Origin: Chrysomallon squamiferum
Lineage: Eukaryota > Animalia > Mollusca
Direction: 5' to 3'
Assembly: GCA_012295275.1 (NCBI GenBank)
Contig: CM022673.1
Coordinates: 3,100,001 to 3,164,000 of the forward strand
DNA: 64,000 nt
Shown here: positions 1-30,788 of the stretch, one piece after another
How the letters are laid out: each line of letters begins with the position of its first letter
How positions within the stretch are numbered: position 1 is the stretch's first letter
Notes under the pieces: model-generated
Database searches by the model: none
What the model was told of the DNA's origin: nothing
What the model saw: only the letters and a program-made list of their open reading frames with translations
Program-made: the position numbers and the translations under genes

Positions 1-2042
1 CTGATTGTTGGTTCCTATCTTGTTTCATTATCAAGTTTTTTAATGGTTATTTTCGAAATTCTAATTTCAGGTCATTTATTTCTTTGAAATAAGTTTTAAA
101 CTTTATATAATGTTTACCAGTCATTAAACAAAAATTAACATTCTTCTGTATTATCATTTTTCTCTTTTTTTTTTCGATTTCCTGAACCACAGTATATAAA
201 TAAAAAAACATATCGTAACTTCGGATGCTATTATCATTTTGAACTTTATTTCCCATAATCACGTGTATCTGTAATTGCAATACCGTCACTTCACATTCAC
301 TGCTCAGACGTTCTTGTATTTATTTTCATTTCCCACTGCCATTATGTTAAGCTGCATTATCTGCAGCAAGCAGAATGTGGCGCCATATGGAGTCAACATG
401 GCGCTGCAGCCAAATGATCGACGGAGCGAGCTGAAGGGGAAGGAAGGAAGGAAGGAAAAGAAAAGAAAACGAAAGCAGCTGAAACGTCTATGACAAGCCA
501 AGTTTTCCAAAAATACGCCAGGTGGTCAAATTCCTGACATCTAGAAATAGCCATCGCTTATAAATAACAAAATGTTTGGGGAAAAAAAAAAAGAACAAAG
601 GAATAGCGGGGGTGTTGTGATGGTTAGCCTACATAGATCAGAAATAAAACAAAACACGAACAGGTTAATAGGCACATTTACATACCTAAACGACAAACAC
701 ATTCCTGGTTTTATATTTATTATTGTCGATGCGGTGGTCCAGAGGAATATTATACTATCTCTTTGTGTTTTTTTTTTCTCTATATGTATTTCTAATTATT
801 TATATATAGTATGTGCTTGCGTACATATGTAATGTGTGTATGTGTGTGTGTGTCAGTGTGTGTGTGTCATCTCAGTATAGCTTTAAATTGTTCATTTTAT
901 CTCTAGATAATAAGGAGAAAGGAAATGTTATTTCATTTATGAATACACACTTACCTACGCACACATAAACACATACATACAAACATATGAATATACATAC
1001 ACAAACTCATACACTTAACACAGTCTACAGACCGCAGACAGTGTATAAACAAACTGTATCTTTCTTCTTTGAATTCGACACATCATCCTGTTTTCACTGA
1101 AACAATGTTTGATAAATATATAAATAAATATTATCACAATGCATTCTCAACATAATGGTAATAACAGTTACGTCTATTTTTTAAATCGATGCCAAGGATT
1201 GCATCGCAAATACCTGATACATCTTTGTAAACTATTAACTGTCTACTTTTACTTGGCAAAGCCGTCCACCGCCAGCGAGGCATGACCCATATCAAATCAA
1301 AATTCGAATATCTTTAAGTAGATCTTTAGCCAGAACGATTCGCTCCCTGATAAGGAAACTGTATTACACAGGTGAACACCAACACACTGTAGAAATTTCC
1401 GTGACTGGCAGATTTGTTCCTCTATTGTGTCTTTCACTGCCTCCTTTTTTCCCCCTCTTTTTCTTTCTTTCATTCTGTCTTTCATTAGCGTCATCTATTT
1501 CATTTTTTTTGTTTCTTAGTTTCTCATTTTTTGTTAGACTGAAGCTGGCTCGGAACCCCTCACTCATTATCTCTGTCTGTCTGTCTGTCTCTCTAAACAG
1601 AATATTTAAGAGAAAGGTTTGGAAGGCTAGTTTCTTGTTTGTGTTTTTCTTGCTTTGATGTTGTTGTTTATTGATGCTCGCTGTTTTTGCTGAGACATTA
1701 AATCAAACAGTCGCTGAGATGTGATCCTGATCCTTGTAAGGCAAAAATATTTTTTCCTCGTTAACTTACTAATATACTGTCTTTCGAAAACAACATTTAT
1801 TATTGAAAATAACAATTGACATTCTCTCTTCACCTGAGAAACAACCAGAGAGTCGAAGGAACTGGAAATTTGAATTTTTGTATCTTTTGAAAGGAAGACT
1901 TGACACGATATTCTTAATGATTTTAAATTATTTCTCCATCTCGCTATATATATAGTAAATAATTAGACACGTTAAAACAGAAAGAGACAGAAAGACTATC
2001 AGACAGACAAAGGGATGGGGTAAAGAGAGAGAATAAGATAAC

Positions 2043-2124
<82 letters not shown>

Positions 2125-3485
2125 CAGACAGACAGATATTTTAAAGACATAAGTTCATTGAAAATAGAACAAATTCATCAAGATAATTTTAGTATGTGTC
2201 AAAAGAACAAATTATTCATAAATCAAACTGTTAGAATTTCCAGCATGTTTATATCTTTTTGCTTCAGTACGGTGCTCCAAAATAGTATTCCAGTGTCTTT
2301 AAAAGCAATCAGAAAACGTTTTGTATTGCTATAACAAATACCTCTTCTTTTTTTTTCGATTCAAAACAAAGCTTTACATAGACTTAAGTAGAATACTGAA
2401 AAATCTACGTAACCGAGTTTTCTCACGTTTCAGCGCATTGTTTATGAGAGAAAAACTTTAATTGCCTGGATATTTATCTGTTCTTCTCCTTTCTTTATCT
2501 CTATGCAGTACTCTCTCTATGTAAAATTTATTTATTTATTTATTTTATTTTATTTTTTTGTTTGTTTGTTTATTTATTTATTAATTAATTTTTTTTTTTT
2601 TTTTTTTTTTAATTTTATTATTTATTTATTCATTCATTCAGTCATTCATTCAGAGATCGCTGTGAACTTCCAGGCCCCCATTTTTTTTTTTTTTTTTTTT
2701 AGCTCATTCCAACATCTGGCAATTATTCCGCTATATTCTATCTCTTTATATATACACCCGAATGCACATTTATATATAAATAATTTATATGTACACGATT
2801 TAAGAATATTATTTTTCATTCTACAAAGTATTTATTTTGCTCCTTCGTCATGACTCAAAACAAACCATCCAAACATAAACACACACGTACACGCAACGCA
2901 CACACACCAACACACACATGCACACACATTCAAACACAAGCAAAGCCAAAAACGCATTCGATACTGTGATGAAAGGGCAAGGTAACACATCTGGATGAAA
3001 ATATTTCTCTTCATAGCTGAAACCGCTGAAGCTGAATTCTGTGGTCTACCTGTGAACATCAATGATACAGACGAAGGAAAGAAACACATTGTTCAGGTTA
3101 ATAAGAAACACCTGTACATACACAAACCGCCTGAAGACATCCTGCATTTCCACGTCTTGCCTGTGTCTATATATACATACAGTATCGTTTAATTTCAACA
3201 ACTGACTTTAAATAAGAGTTTATGCTTTCTCCATCACACACCCACGCGCGCGCACACTTACGTACACACTTTCTAAGTCGTTTCTTTTATGCCATTCTTT
3301 CTCTGCGTGTAGTTGTGGTAGCTGTTGTTGTGGTGGTGGTGGTTTTTCTTTTCTTCGTGAGAAATGACATATTCAGTGAAAAGAATTTCGTAAGCTTCCT
3401 TTACGTTTTAAATTATTGGGAACATTACAGCAATATTAATAAAAATGCTTTAATATAAAAACAGATTAGAGCAATATAAATGTTT

Positions 3486-3574
<89 letters not shown>

Positions 3575-3733
3575 GTACATGTACACACACAGATATATCT
3601 CTGCCAGAGAAGCACTGCTGAAGCAACAAGATATCAAAACTTTTGACATGTTACAATTGTCTTGACTAATATCGTTTTATTTTCAAAGGGCTTTTGTCTT
3701 TAGAATGTCTGCCAATCTCTCCCTCAATTTTGA

Positions 3734-3802
<69 letters not shown>

Positions 3803-4241
3803 TCTTCTTTTTCTTCTTCTTCTTTTTTTTTTTCTTCTTCTTCCGCCAGCGTAATTTATATCTCAGTTTGAACTGATGTTTGATAACTACATAAAACGCA
3901 ACTTGCTGACCTTACATATCACTCACTGCCTAATCTGTTCTTTCCATTATCCTCTTGAAAGGTGTTTAAAGCACGAGTCTGTTTTGTGTCGTGCGCACGC
4001 ACCTACCGGGCTTTCGGCTGACGGGCTTCCTGTTATCGACTGAAACCCGTGTCTGTTATCTACTACTTAAATAGCGGTTGTGCAGATATCAACTTTAAAA
4101 TAAACGCCTCGTTCTCTTCCCCTTACCTGTTGCCGCTGATAGCGAGTGATGTAATACTTGAGCGTACACGAGAAAATGGCGGCTCCGAGAATACACTGGT
4201 TGCTCAGTTGAAGATAGGTGGTCTCCAGTCAAACTTTCTTC

Positions 4242-4297
<56 letters not shown>

Positions 4298-5789
4298 GTT
4301 TAGACTGGGAATAATTTGTAAAATGCTGAAGTTTGAATATGTTTCAAAGCTCTGATCTATTTAACGTCTGTGTTAGTTAATGATATGTCAATTTTTTTTT
4401 TTTTTTTTTTTATGAGGGATTAAATACTCCGAGAATACTGGTATGGATTTGTTGCAGGTTTGTGTTTGTTGTTTTGGGGTTGTTGGGTTTTATTATTTTG
4501 CTTGTTTTGGTTATTTATTTATTTATTTATTTATATGCTTGTTTAATTTTTATCTTTATTTTATTTATGTTTGTTTATTGAATTTTATTTATTTATTTAT
4601 TACATATGAATTATCTCATGGACGAAAAAGATATACCTTAGACTTTGATAAATTAATTGAGCGCTGCTAGTTGGAACAGGAATTATTGTTATCATTATTA
4701 GTAGTAATGGTAATATTTGTAGTAGTAGTAGTTTTAGTAGAAAGTTGTTGCAGTAATAGATGTGGTAGTAGATGTTGAGGCTGATGCTGATGATGATAAC
4801 CTACCATTGTTACAATTGTGAATTATAGGCTACTGTAAATACAATGTGTATTTTTTACGGAAAAGCTGTGCTACGGGTACTTGCTTTGTTTACTTGAAAA
4901 AACACAATAATAAGAAGTGAAACGAACCAATAAATCTTTGTTACCGAGATAAACAGTTGCACTAATTTTCTCTCTATGCCAAAATTTTTATTATAAAAAA
5001 AATACCGTGCATAATTCCTTAGAGTTTTTTTTTTTTTTTTCTTCTTTACTTTGCAGTCTCGGAAATAACCACATAAACTATACAACCGAAAGTCTGAATT
5101 CTTTCCCTTTCGTTTTTCACGAAAACCAAACCAAAGATCAACATCGTAATATATCTCATTACGCTATACACCCTGTCACATGCTACTAAGACGAAGAGGT
5201 AAACATTCTTACAAACAAATGAACGAGGAATAAATCTCAGGTTTGGTGTCTGTTATTTGTTGAGAGGTTCGCCACTTTCTGCTGACATCGGAGCAAAAGC
5301 CAAGAATCGAATTCACTTCTCGTGAAATAAGAAACGTTTTTTTTTCTCTCTTTTTTTTTTTTTTCATCTACGGTAAAGTATTACATTTCGGCGGGTTTTG
5401 TTTTTCGCCTCGTGAAATGTAAATTCACTGTGTCCATGGAAATCTATTTATTTTTGTTGCTGCTGGAAAAAAAACCCCAACAACAACAAAAAAAACCAAT
5501 AAAAAAATAAAACACCACCACAATGCTCTCCCAAACCCTTCCACAAAAAACATGTAAATTCGTACGTACATAGAAATATATCTTATTCTTTTTCCTTTTT
5601 CCTTTCTTTATTTTCTTTATTATTATTTTTTATTATTATTTTCCCTTTTCAGATTTGTATAATCAGACGTTTGTTTCATAAAAAATAATTTTCTCTCTTT
5701 TTCATGTTGCAAGTTTATTTTTTTAGTTTAATCTTTTTTTCTTTTTTTTTCTTTTCTTTTTTAGTTAATTAAGGGATTGTTGGGTTTTT

Positions 5790-5829
<40 letters not shown>

Positions 5830-7736
5830 TTATTTTTATTTTCATTACTTGAGTGTGTTTTGTTATTTTATTTGTTTTGTTTTGCGGAATCTTGTATTTA
5901 GTTCCGAACAAGATTGTACCAAAATATATTAATTTTAAAACGTTCCAGCGAAAATATTTATTATTTTACAATATTTCAGTTTGAAAAGAATCTTATATTC
6001 ACCAAAATTTCTAATATGGCCATATTAAACCTGCTTTTTAATATTGTACTATTATATGCAATAAATAAAATAAAATAAAATAAAATAAAATAAAATAAAA
6101 TAAAATAAAATAAAATAAAACAAAATAAAAATAAAATAATAATAATATTATCTCGTACCGTTTATTATCTATATCTCAAATACAGTACAGAAAACACACA
6201 CAGATACGATCCTGTGACGTACAAGACTCAAACCTGATGACTTAACTACTGAGAATGAATGTCGAGAACAACAGAACAACAAACTTTTATCAGTGGTGTA
6301 TTTCACAAAACGCCGCATGCTTCAGTCAGTCAGTCAGACAGCTATTTAAACGTGTTTACATCCAGAGAGTGTTATAACACGTGACGTGTGCTTTCAGGCA
6401 TTCGATGTACATTGTGTGATACAAGACAGACGTGTTTATTATAATACAGAATTAAACAACACAGAAATTAAGCACTTATCTAAAATAACGAAATAATTAT
6501 TCACTGTAATGAAAGCAGTGGTAGAAGTGGCACTGACTGCAACAGTATTAATCTTACCCACACCTATACTAACAGCACAGTTTAAAAAATTAGTACCATA
6601 AGTAATGGTAGCCAAAAATGGTAAAAGCAGTTGTAGTAAAATCAATAGTAAAGATAACACTAACAGTTACAGCAGTGTATCAATTACAGTAGAGTAGTAG
6701 TAGTAGTAATAGTAGTTGTAGTAGTAGTAGTAGTGGCAGAAGTATAAATAGCAGTGACAGTAGTAGTAGAGTAGTCGTAGTAGTAGTAGTAGTAACAAAT
6801 ATCAGCAGTGATAGTATTGCTGGTATTACATTTAGCTTTAGGAAGGATTCGGTAGTTGTAATCGATCAAAGTGTCTAATACTCGTTGTGCCGATGTCGTA
6901 ACCGTTAGACATCAGAGAAAAGAGCTGATTACTTCTCGCGAAACAGCACACGTTGTTTAGTGATTTAGTTAACAGTGCTTTGACTGCTTTCAGTGTTTTC
7001 TGCTATTTGTAGGTTTTAGACGTTAGTGCCCATGTTACACATTAAGCGTCGATTTTTTGCATTAGGGAGAGATATGAGAACTAAGTGTAGAGGTTGTGAT
7101 CTCAAACAATTTAATTTAAAGAGTACAAGCGGTGGCTGGGACGAATAGCCTAACTACATTTTACTTATATCCATAATGTTTCGTAGTTTTGCTCATTTAC
7201 TTATACCAGGCTTTGTTAACAATAAAGTAGCACCCTATGTAAATAATAGGGAAATTAGGTTTTTAAGCAAAATTATAACAATAACCATAATAATACTAAT
7301 GGTAACAGTAAAATATTAGTAGTAGAAGTGGTAGTGGTAGCAGTAGTAGTAGTAGAAGTAAAAGCAATACCAGTAGTTGTAGTAATAGTAGTAGTAGTAG
7401 AAATAGTAATTGTAGTAGTAGTAGTAGTAGTAGTGATAGTAGTGGTAACGGTAGTACTAGTAAATGTGAAGACTTTAATGCTAATGGCAATATTAGTATC
7501 GGTTATAATTACAATAATTATAAAAGAAGAAGAAAAAACAGAAGAGAAAACATAAAAAAACGGAAAGAAAAAATAAAAATAAAAAAATAAGAAAAAAATA
7601 AGGAGAATCAAAGAAAGGAAACTAAAAGAAACAACCATCATCTCCTGTTGCTATAAAAATAAAATAAGAAAAACAAACAAACAACTTTTATCAACTTGAT
7701 TAAATTAGGAAAAGAAATAAAAGACACGAACAGAAG

Positions 7737-7767
<31 letters not shown>

Positions 7768-8172
7768 GCGGAGATAAAAACACATGCGCATTATTTATGA
7801 ATTTTTGCTTCTTTTATTTTTTTTTTTTTTTTTTTTATTAGCTTCTGCTGCTGCTGCTTCTTCCTTAGAATTTTTAGAAATGTAATTTTTATTTTTGTTG
7901 TTTCCATGTGTTATTTCACAAATAAATTAATAACCGCACATACCTGTATAATGAGGAAGATACAAAATTAGTACGAGTGTTTTCTGTACATGGCCTTCGT
8001 TTTGTGTTGCAATACAGCGTCAGGTGAATACCAACTGCATGAAACATACATCAGGTGTTGATACTTACATACACAGGTAAACTGAACCTGCTTTGTACAG
8101 AAATGTGTATACACCCACTGATAGAGAAATATCAACATTCTGATAAATCTAAGGGGTGTTTTTTTCTTTCTT

Positions 8173-8218
<46 letters not shown>

Positions 8219-8514
8219 CGTTTTCGTATCAAACAAAATAGTATGGAATTTGTACTGTCTACGAATGAGAGAGAGAGAGAGAATGTTTAACATCAGCAAA
8301 AATATCGTGCCTAATCTTGTCTGAACATATAGATTATTTTTCTTTTCTCTGCATCAGTTTTTCTTTTTTTTCCCTGACATTTTTACGACAGCTGCTTTAA
8401 AACACGTTTCAAATTTTCTCTGTGTTCCTGCTATTAATGACGTTAAGTTTCTTCTCTGTTTTTTAAAACGAGTTAATGATCCTTAAATAATCTTTAAATA
8501 CGTCTTTATTACTT

Positions 8515-8548
<34 letters not shown>

Positions 8549-8683
8549 GGATTTATTTGGTGGTGATGGTGTTGTTGTTGGTTTTGTTTTGTTGTTATTA
8601 CTTTAATTAGTGTTGATACTGTTGTTGTTATTAATTTATTATTTATTTGTTTATTAACAAATGATTTCTCTGTGTACTTTCAG

Positions 8684-8752
8684 CGCTGTGTCACATGTTT
8701 GTAAACGGAGATAAAAATTCACGGAAGACTGCCATGCAGAAGTCTTCACGAG
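8684..8752 (+). CDS. GTPase gene exon (alpha1/switch I region)
   Basis: tactttcag|CGCTGTGT...CACGAG|gtaggc; 69 nt, phase 1-1; LCHMFVNGDKNSRKTAMQKSSR. Confidence 0.72.
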
Positions 8753-9139
8753 GTAGGCAGGTTATTTAATTCAGAGCGGATTTTATTACCATCATTAAAA
8801 AAAAATTAGTTTATAAAATTATTGCTGTGTAATATAATTATGTAACGCGTAGTTTTATTACCGAGCCATCGTAGTGGAATAAAGAGTGAGACGTGAATAT
8901 TCACTCCTCATTAGCCACTAGCTGGAAATTTCCTGCACGAATTCTTCATATTTCCCATGTAATTACACACAAATTTTCAGCACCGAAATAATATTATATA
9001 AAGTAGATCTAATAAATATAAATTTGTTCGGGGAGCATAACTAAAACAGCGGTTCATAAAAGTATTTCATTCGGCCGATCTTAGAAATATTTTTGTTTTG
9101 GATGGATGATGATCAGTTTCAGAAAATTGTCAATTGCTG

Positions 9140-9197
<58 letters not shown>

Positions 9198-10094
9198 TAT
9201 TATTTATTTATTTATTGTTTGCTTGTTTGTTTGTTTGTTTTAAACACCCGCAGGTCGAAGAGCGGAGTTTGACACGTGGGAGACTGTGGACGGAGAAACG
9301 TGTTGTATGAGACTGTTTGAACTCAGAATGACGGCTCAGGTGACTTTCTTGTTTCATTACATTTAAACTGTCTCATGTAGTTTCTTATGAAACAATTGAA
9401 CCATCAACTATAATTTCTTATTTAGAAACATTTAAAGTGTCTCATATTCTAATACGATTGTTTGATAAAGTTGTTGCTAGGTAATCGTATATGTTGTTAT
9501 TGTTATTTATTTAACACAACTGATGTCTTTTATTTATTTATTATTTTATTATTATTTTTTAATAACTGACATTATTAGGGATCGTCTGGATTTTTTATAT
9601 ATATATATATACACACACACATACATACATACAAACATACATACATACATACATACATACATACATACATACATACATAAATACATACAATGATATATAC
9701 ATAAATATGTAAATACACACACAGAAACACACACACGCTTACACACACATTTGGTATCTGCATCAACGATAATCATACGACACAACAAACCATCCTATGT
9801 GCGCGCTGTGTTACCTGTGTTTCTCAGGGTGACGATGATGAGCAGATTGTGAGGTCGCTGGCTCAAAACGCGGACGGGTTCATCCTCCTCTACTCCATCA
9901 CCAGCAGACACAGCTTCTCTGCCGCCTCGAGAATCCACGACGAGATCCAGCGAGTCAGAAACAACCGAGACACGCCCTTAGTTCTTGTGGGTGGGTAGCA
10001 GTTTATTTCACTGTTTTAATGTCTGTCGGTCCGTACGACTTATTTCAGAAATTATGAATCGGTATTTCTCATTTTGTTATGCCGGAATAAAGAG

Positions 10095-10127
<33 letters not shown>

Positions 10128-10257
10128 CAAAAGACGGTGATGTATATTATGTTATAAAATGCGGTGAAATAATGATGATGATGAATGATGATGATAGTAA
10201 TAGTAGTAATAGTGATGGTAATGGTAGTAGGGGCAGTTCTAGTAGTGGTGCAAGTAA

Positions 10258-10301
<44 letters not shown>

Positions 10302-11173
10302 ATGGGTTCTAATGACATTATTAATTAAACAGAGATCAATAAAGGAAGTATAAGATAAATATAAGATCGTTTGATGCATCACGTTTCATTATAAACATCA
10401 GTTTTAATAACGGCAGCTGAATATCAGTCACAACAAGCATTCAGTCATTTCCTCTTACTGTGTGATATTTACGTTATTTGTGTGTATTCGTGTTTATTGA
10501 AACAGTCAAATTTCAGTCTGAAAGTTCTCCAGTTATCGACGTTTGAAATTTTTACGGTCATTATTACAAGATTATATAAGAGCTCGACCGAAACCAGTGT
10601 TCCAGTTCGAGAGACCGAAATTTAAATTTCGAAGATCAACTCCATATATAATACATAAGCGAGAGAGACATAGCTATTTGTTTGTTGACTCGTTACTACC
10701 ATAGCTGCTACTATTACTATTACTGTTGCTGCTGCTTCTGTTCTTACTACTACTGCTGCTGCTGTTGCTTATGATGACGCTAATGTTACTGCTATTATTA
10801 TTATTATCGTTGTTGCTGTTGTTTTTGTTGTTATTATTATTCTTATTACCATGATAAATATTTCATCATATATTATTTTCAGAATATTTCTTCCATTGCA
10901 GGCAATAAGACGGACTGTATAAATAGCAGGGAGATTCTGGTTTCCGATGGCAGAGATCTGGCGTTTGAAATGGGAACGGCTTTCTACGAATGTTCTACAA
11001 AATTCGACTTTGGACAAGTGAACATCATTTTTCATGACATTATACGCCAAGTGCGATGTGTTAGATCTAGATCTCGCGCGGAAGAACAAACGTGCAACAA
11101 AGTCCGCGGATTTATACACAGACTCAGCTTCAGGAAAAGATCTAGGTCACAGAAACGTAGTTCAACGAGCTGA
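8684..11173 (+). CDS. Divergent Ras-superfamily small GTPase (RGK/Rad-Gem-Rem-like or RERG-like), 5'-incomplete; exons 8684-8752, 9254-9339, 9828-9990, 10902-11173
   Basis: Four exons with AG/GT boundaries join in consistent phases (1,1,0,1). They give xLCHMFVNG...VDGETCCMRLFELRMTAQ|GDDDEQ...ADGFILLYSITSRHSF...PLVLV|GNKTD...REILVSDGRDLA...FYECSTK...IFHDIIRQVR...KVRGFIHRLSFRKRSRSQKRSSTS*. G4 (NKxD) and a G5-like CSTK are present. There is no CAAX box. Confidence 0.88.
9254..9339 (+). CDS. GTPase gene exon (beta2-beta3)
   Basis: cccgcag|GTCGAA...GCTCAG|gtgact; 86 nt; GRRAEFDTWETVDGETCCMRLFELRMTAQ, with the Ras-type VDGE motif. Confidence 0.85.
9828..9990 (+). CDS. GTPase gene exon (beta4-alpha3-beta5)
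   Basis: ttctcag|GGTGAC...GTGG|gtgggt; 163 nt; ADGFILLYSITSRHSF...DTPLVLV. Confidence 0.9.
10902..11173 (+). CDS. GTPase gene last coding exon (G4, G5, basic C-terminus)
   Basis: ccattgcag|GCAATAAGACGGAC (GNKTD); includes ORF-track 10970-11173; stop TGA; AATAAA near 11409. Confidence 0.9.
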
Positions 11174-11224
11174 CGTCAGTTAATACGTCATGCGTCTTAT
11201 TAGCCGTTATTTATATTTTATTGG

Positions 11225-11283
<59 letters not shown>

Positions 11284-13724
11284 TTTATTACTTTTAGCCG
11301 ATATTTATAAATTATAAACAATTTTCTATGAGAACAATACAAATGCATGTATAGTGCAATTCTTCAGTCAGGGATAGACCCATAGGTTAACAGTTTCTGC
11401 GTCCATGAAATAAAAGTCTAAGGAAATAGGTAATAATAACTATCACTGAAAACAAATTGTGCTTTACAGTTTTTGAATTAGTTGACATTTATTTCAAACA
11501 TACTCTGTTTTAATAACTATCACTGAATTGTTAATATTATATAACAAACTAAGGTAAAAAAAGTACTATTATTTATTTATTTTGTTATTTTCGCTTACAT
11601 AGAAATTCAATTTTATAATTCAGTTTATATAATAATTTGTCACAACCGATGAAATACTGTATGATTTTTTATTTTAATAGTCAATAGCACCTTCTTAATG
11701 CCGACATTAAAACACATTTTCTTTTATTTTTATTTTCTCGACTTATTTATTTATGTATTTATGTTTTTATTATTATTAATTATTTTATTTTATTTTATTT
11801 ATTTTTAATTTTTTTTTTTTTTTTTTACGAACATTTATCTTCCACTAGAAAAAAAAGAAAAGAAAAAAGTCGTTGATAAATCATTTGCGAGTTACTATCT
11901 TGAACGGGAAATAATTATCTTCATACTTATAAATATTTGTATAACAGTGGCAGTAATATATATATTTTTTGTTTAACTTTGACAATCACCAATGACAACG
12001 ACCTGTCTGTCCATCTGCTGGTCTCCTGTCAGAGACAGGTTTGACTGTAAAAACTTTTAACAGTTAAAAGACTAAAACTCTGGCTTCTTTTTAAGAGACA
12101 CTCTTTATGTCTGCGGTACACTAGGACTTAGATTTCACAAGCCAATGTTGAGGTGCACATTACAGTTTAAGAATTTTGACTATTGTTTGAAAAAAAAAAA
12201 AAAAATGTTATAAATTATTAAACAAATTTAATCTAATTACAATGTTGGTTGTTTCTTTTTTTCTTTATTTTCATAATTTGTTACATGGTCTTCCATACAT
12301 TTCAGTCATTTGTAATGTTTTAAAAATCAACAAAAAAAATAATACAAAGAAATAACAAATGTTGTTAAATTTTATTATGCACATTAGTAAAATATATTAA
12401 ATTTTACATGAAGGAAAATTCAGGAAGATTCGTATTTTTATAACATAATTGCTAAATTTGTTGCCATGTAAATTACTTTCAAATAACAGTTACACGGATC
12501 TAACATGTTGGATTATGTATTCCAGAAATGTGATAGAAAGGAACTTCCTTCAAGATGAGTGATCTCCCCCTCTCAAATGTTTCTCTTTTTTTTTTCCTTT
12601 TTTTTTTTTTAAATCTTCTTTATTTCACTCACTCTCTTTCATAATAATACAATTCGTGGTTTTTGGTGTAGACTGAAATGTCATTAACTGTGTTTGTGTA
12701 ATGGAATCCATAATTAAAAATTACATAAATATTTACTAAAAGTATATCATTAACACACACCTATACCATCTTGTACACATAACATACACACTCGCTCACA
12801 CATATACATGCACGTCTACACACACATCATTAGTGTATGATGAATTAGCTTTGTTTGTTTGTTTAAATTTAATTAGAAAAACTGAAAACAGAAAGAAAGA
12901 ATAAACACAGCTTACTCACATTCAGATATAAAATTTAAAACATTACAAAGAAAAAAAAAAAAAAAAAAAAAAAAAATAAATTAAATTTAAAAAAATAAAA
13001 TAAAATAAAAATAAAGAAAATGTCTGATAAAAATGTTAGTGGTCCTGTTTATGTTAATATATTTTGATAAAAGAATACCAGATCTGCAAAAATAATAAAA
13101 AAATAAAATCCTCTTCTCTCTAATATTTAAGCATACTCGTCCAAAAACTACAAACTTTTCTGGTGCAAAATGGACGGATGTTCAGACAAAGTTGAATTAT
13201 AATGTTACTGTAACTTTCTTTTGGAAATTAGTGGTTTCTAAAATCATTAAAATACACATGTAAGCACACAAGCATGCACACATACACAAACATACATATC
13301 TGTGTACACACATGCACACACACACACACACACATGCACAAACAGCGTGATAAAAATTTTAAATTATTTAAGTACAGAACATTTTGCAAGGAATTAACAA
13401 AGCTGTGTTTATTCTGATATCCAATATTATGTCTGTGTGTGTGTGTGTGCGTGTGTGTGTGTAAAATTAAGATTCTCATATTAAAATGTGGTTAACCATG
13501 TTAAAAATGAACACATCTTTCTATTTCAATGTAACTGATATTCTTGATGACACTAATAAAAAAAATTCATAGCTTGATTATTTAAATAAGATATGTACAG
13601 AAATTGTTCAATTTTCTAACCATTATCATGCAAAATCCATTTTCATTGATGTGCATGTATTCTGAACACATTTTGTTCAACATCTTGTTCAATGGTGAAT
13701 TTTAACGTGTATTTATGTTACATA

Positions 13725-13779
<55 letters not shown>

Positions 13780-14182
13780 CAAATGTATGTATGTATGTAT
13801 GTATGTGTGTGCGTGCATGAATAAATTTATATGTTAGTAACAAAATAATTTTAAATATACATGACTCTATGTTTGTATTTTGTTGTTTTGTTTTTTTGTG
13901 TTTACTTAAATTCATGATGGAATAAAATAAATACCATCCTCAACCCTCACATTTTAAGTTTTACATTTTTGAATATTTCACAACACTTATGTTTTTGTTT
14001 CAGCTCTTAGAACAGATTTTCAGCAACAAGTTCTGAGTTGACTTCAGATTTGTGTTGTTATGTACTGGCTTGGATAATAAAGGTAAAAACCAATGTCTAA
14101 AAACAGGACACACAGATCCTGTGAACATACTGTACAATTTATCTTTCATCTCAGTAATCTAGATCTTCAGTATATATTCTTT

Positions 14183-30139
<15,957 letters not shown>

Positions 30140-30788
30140 GATGGCTGAAGTAAAGAAATTATTCATATATATTTTTTAAATATGCAGATGGATAATATAT
30201 AAAATTGCTTTTATTACCACATCTGCTGTAACAAATGACAAGCTTTCCTTCCACAATGAAAACTCATTATTTCTGTGTTATGCTTTCTTTTTATTTCTGA
30301 ATTAAAATGTTGTTAGTAATGAAAAGTATAATAGTTTCCTTTACGCTTTTTATTAGTTAATGTTAAATGATATTATTCAATCAAAATAAATGAACAAATA
30401 ATAATTAAGTTTATCTATTCACATAATTCAGAAAAATGCTATTTGCCTTTTGTATAAACTATAATATATTAATATTAATAATTTAATGACTATTGTGACA
30501 TTGTCATCGACAAAACATCGATTTATTAAGTGACTCAGTTCACAATTCTCTTTAAATTTAAAATATTTTCACTCTTGTGATTTCAGTATTAAAATTATAC
30601 ACTGATAAAACATTACTGACTAAATAATAGATTGCACTGAAGTATTATTTGAAATATAAAAGATTAAAAACTAAGTAAAGACTAAAACTCTTTTAATAAA
30701 AGAGTAAGTCGATAATTTTGAACTACTTAGGAATCAGAAAGCAGCGACCTAATAATATCATCATAATTTATACCATTTAATACCATAC

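Noticed and set aside
4173-4183. YY1-like AAAATGGCGGC as a gene start
   Set aside because: The ATG opens only 11 codons and no downstream exon could be linked. It may be regulatory, but support is insufficient.
7273-7641. Long Thr/Val/Leu-rich ORFs (also 10052-10318, 15442-15694, 45665-45944, 60735-60965, and the SLSLSL/CVCVCV ORFs)
   Set aside because: These are translations of (TAG)n, (TAA)n, (CT)n and (CA)n microsatellites.
10769-11119. 116-aa minus-strand ORF
   Set aside because: It is the antisense shadow of the GTPase last exon, running into simple repeats.
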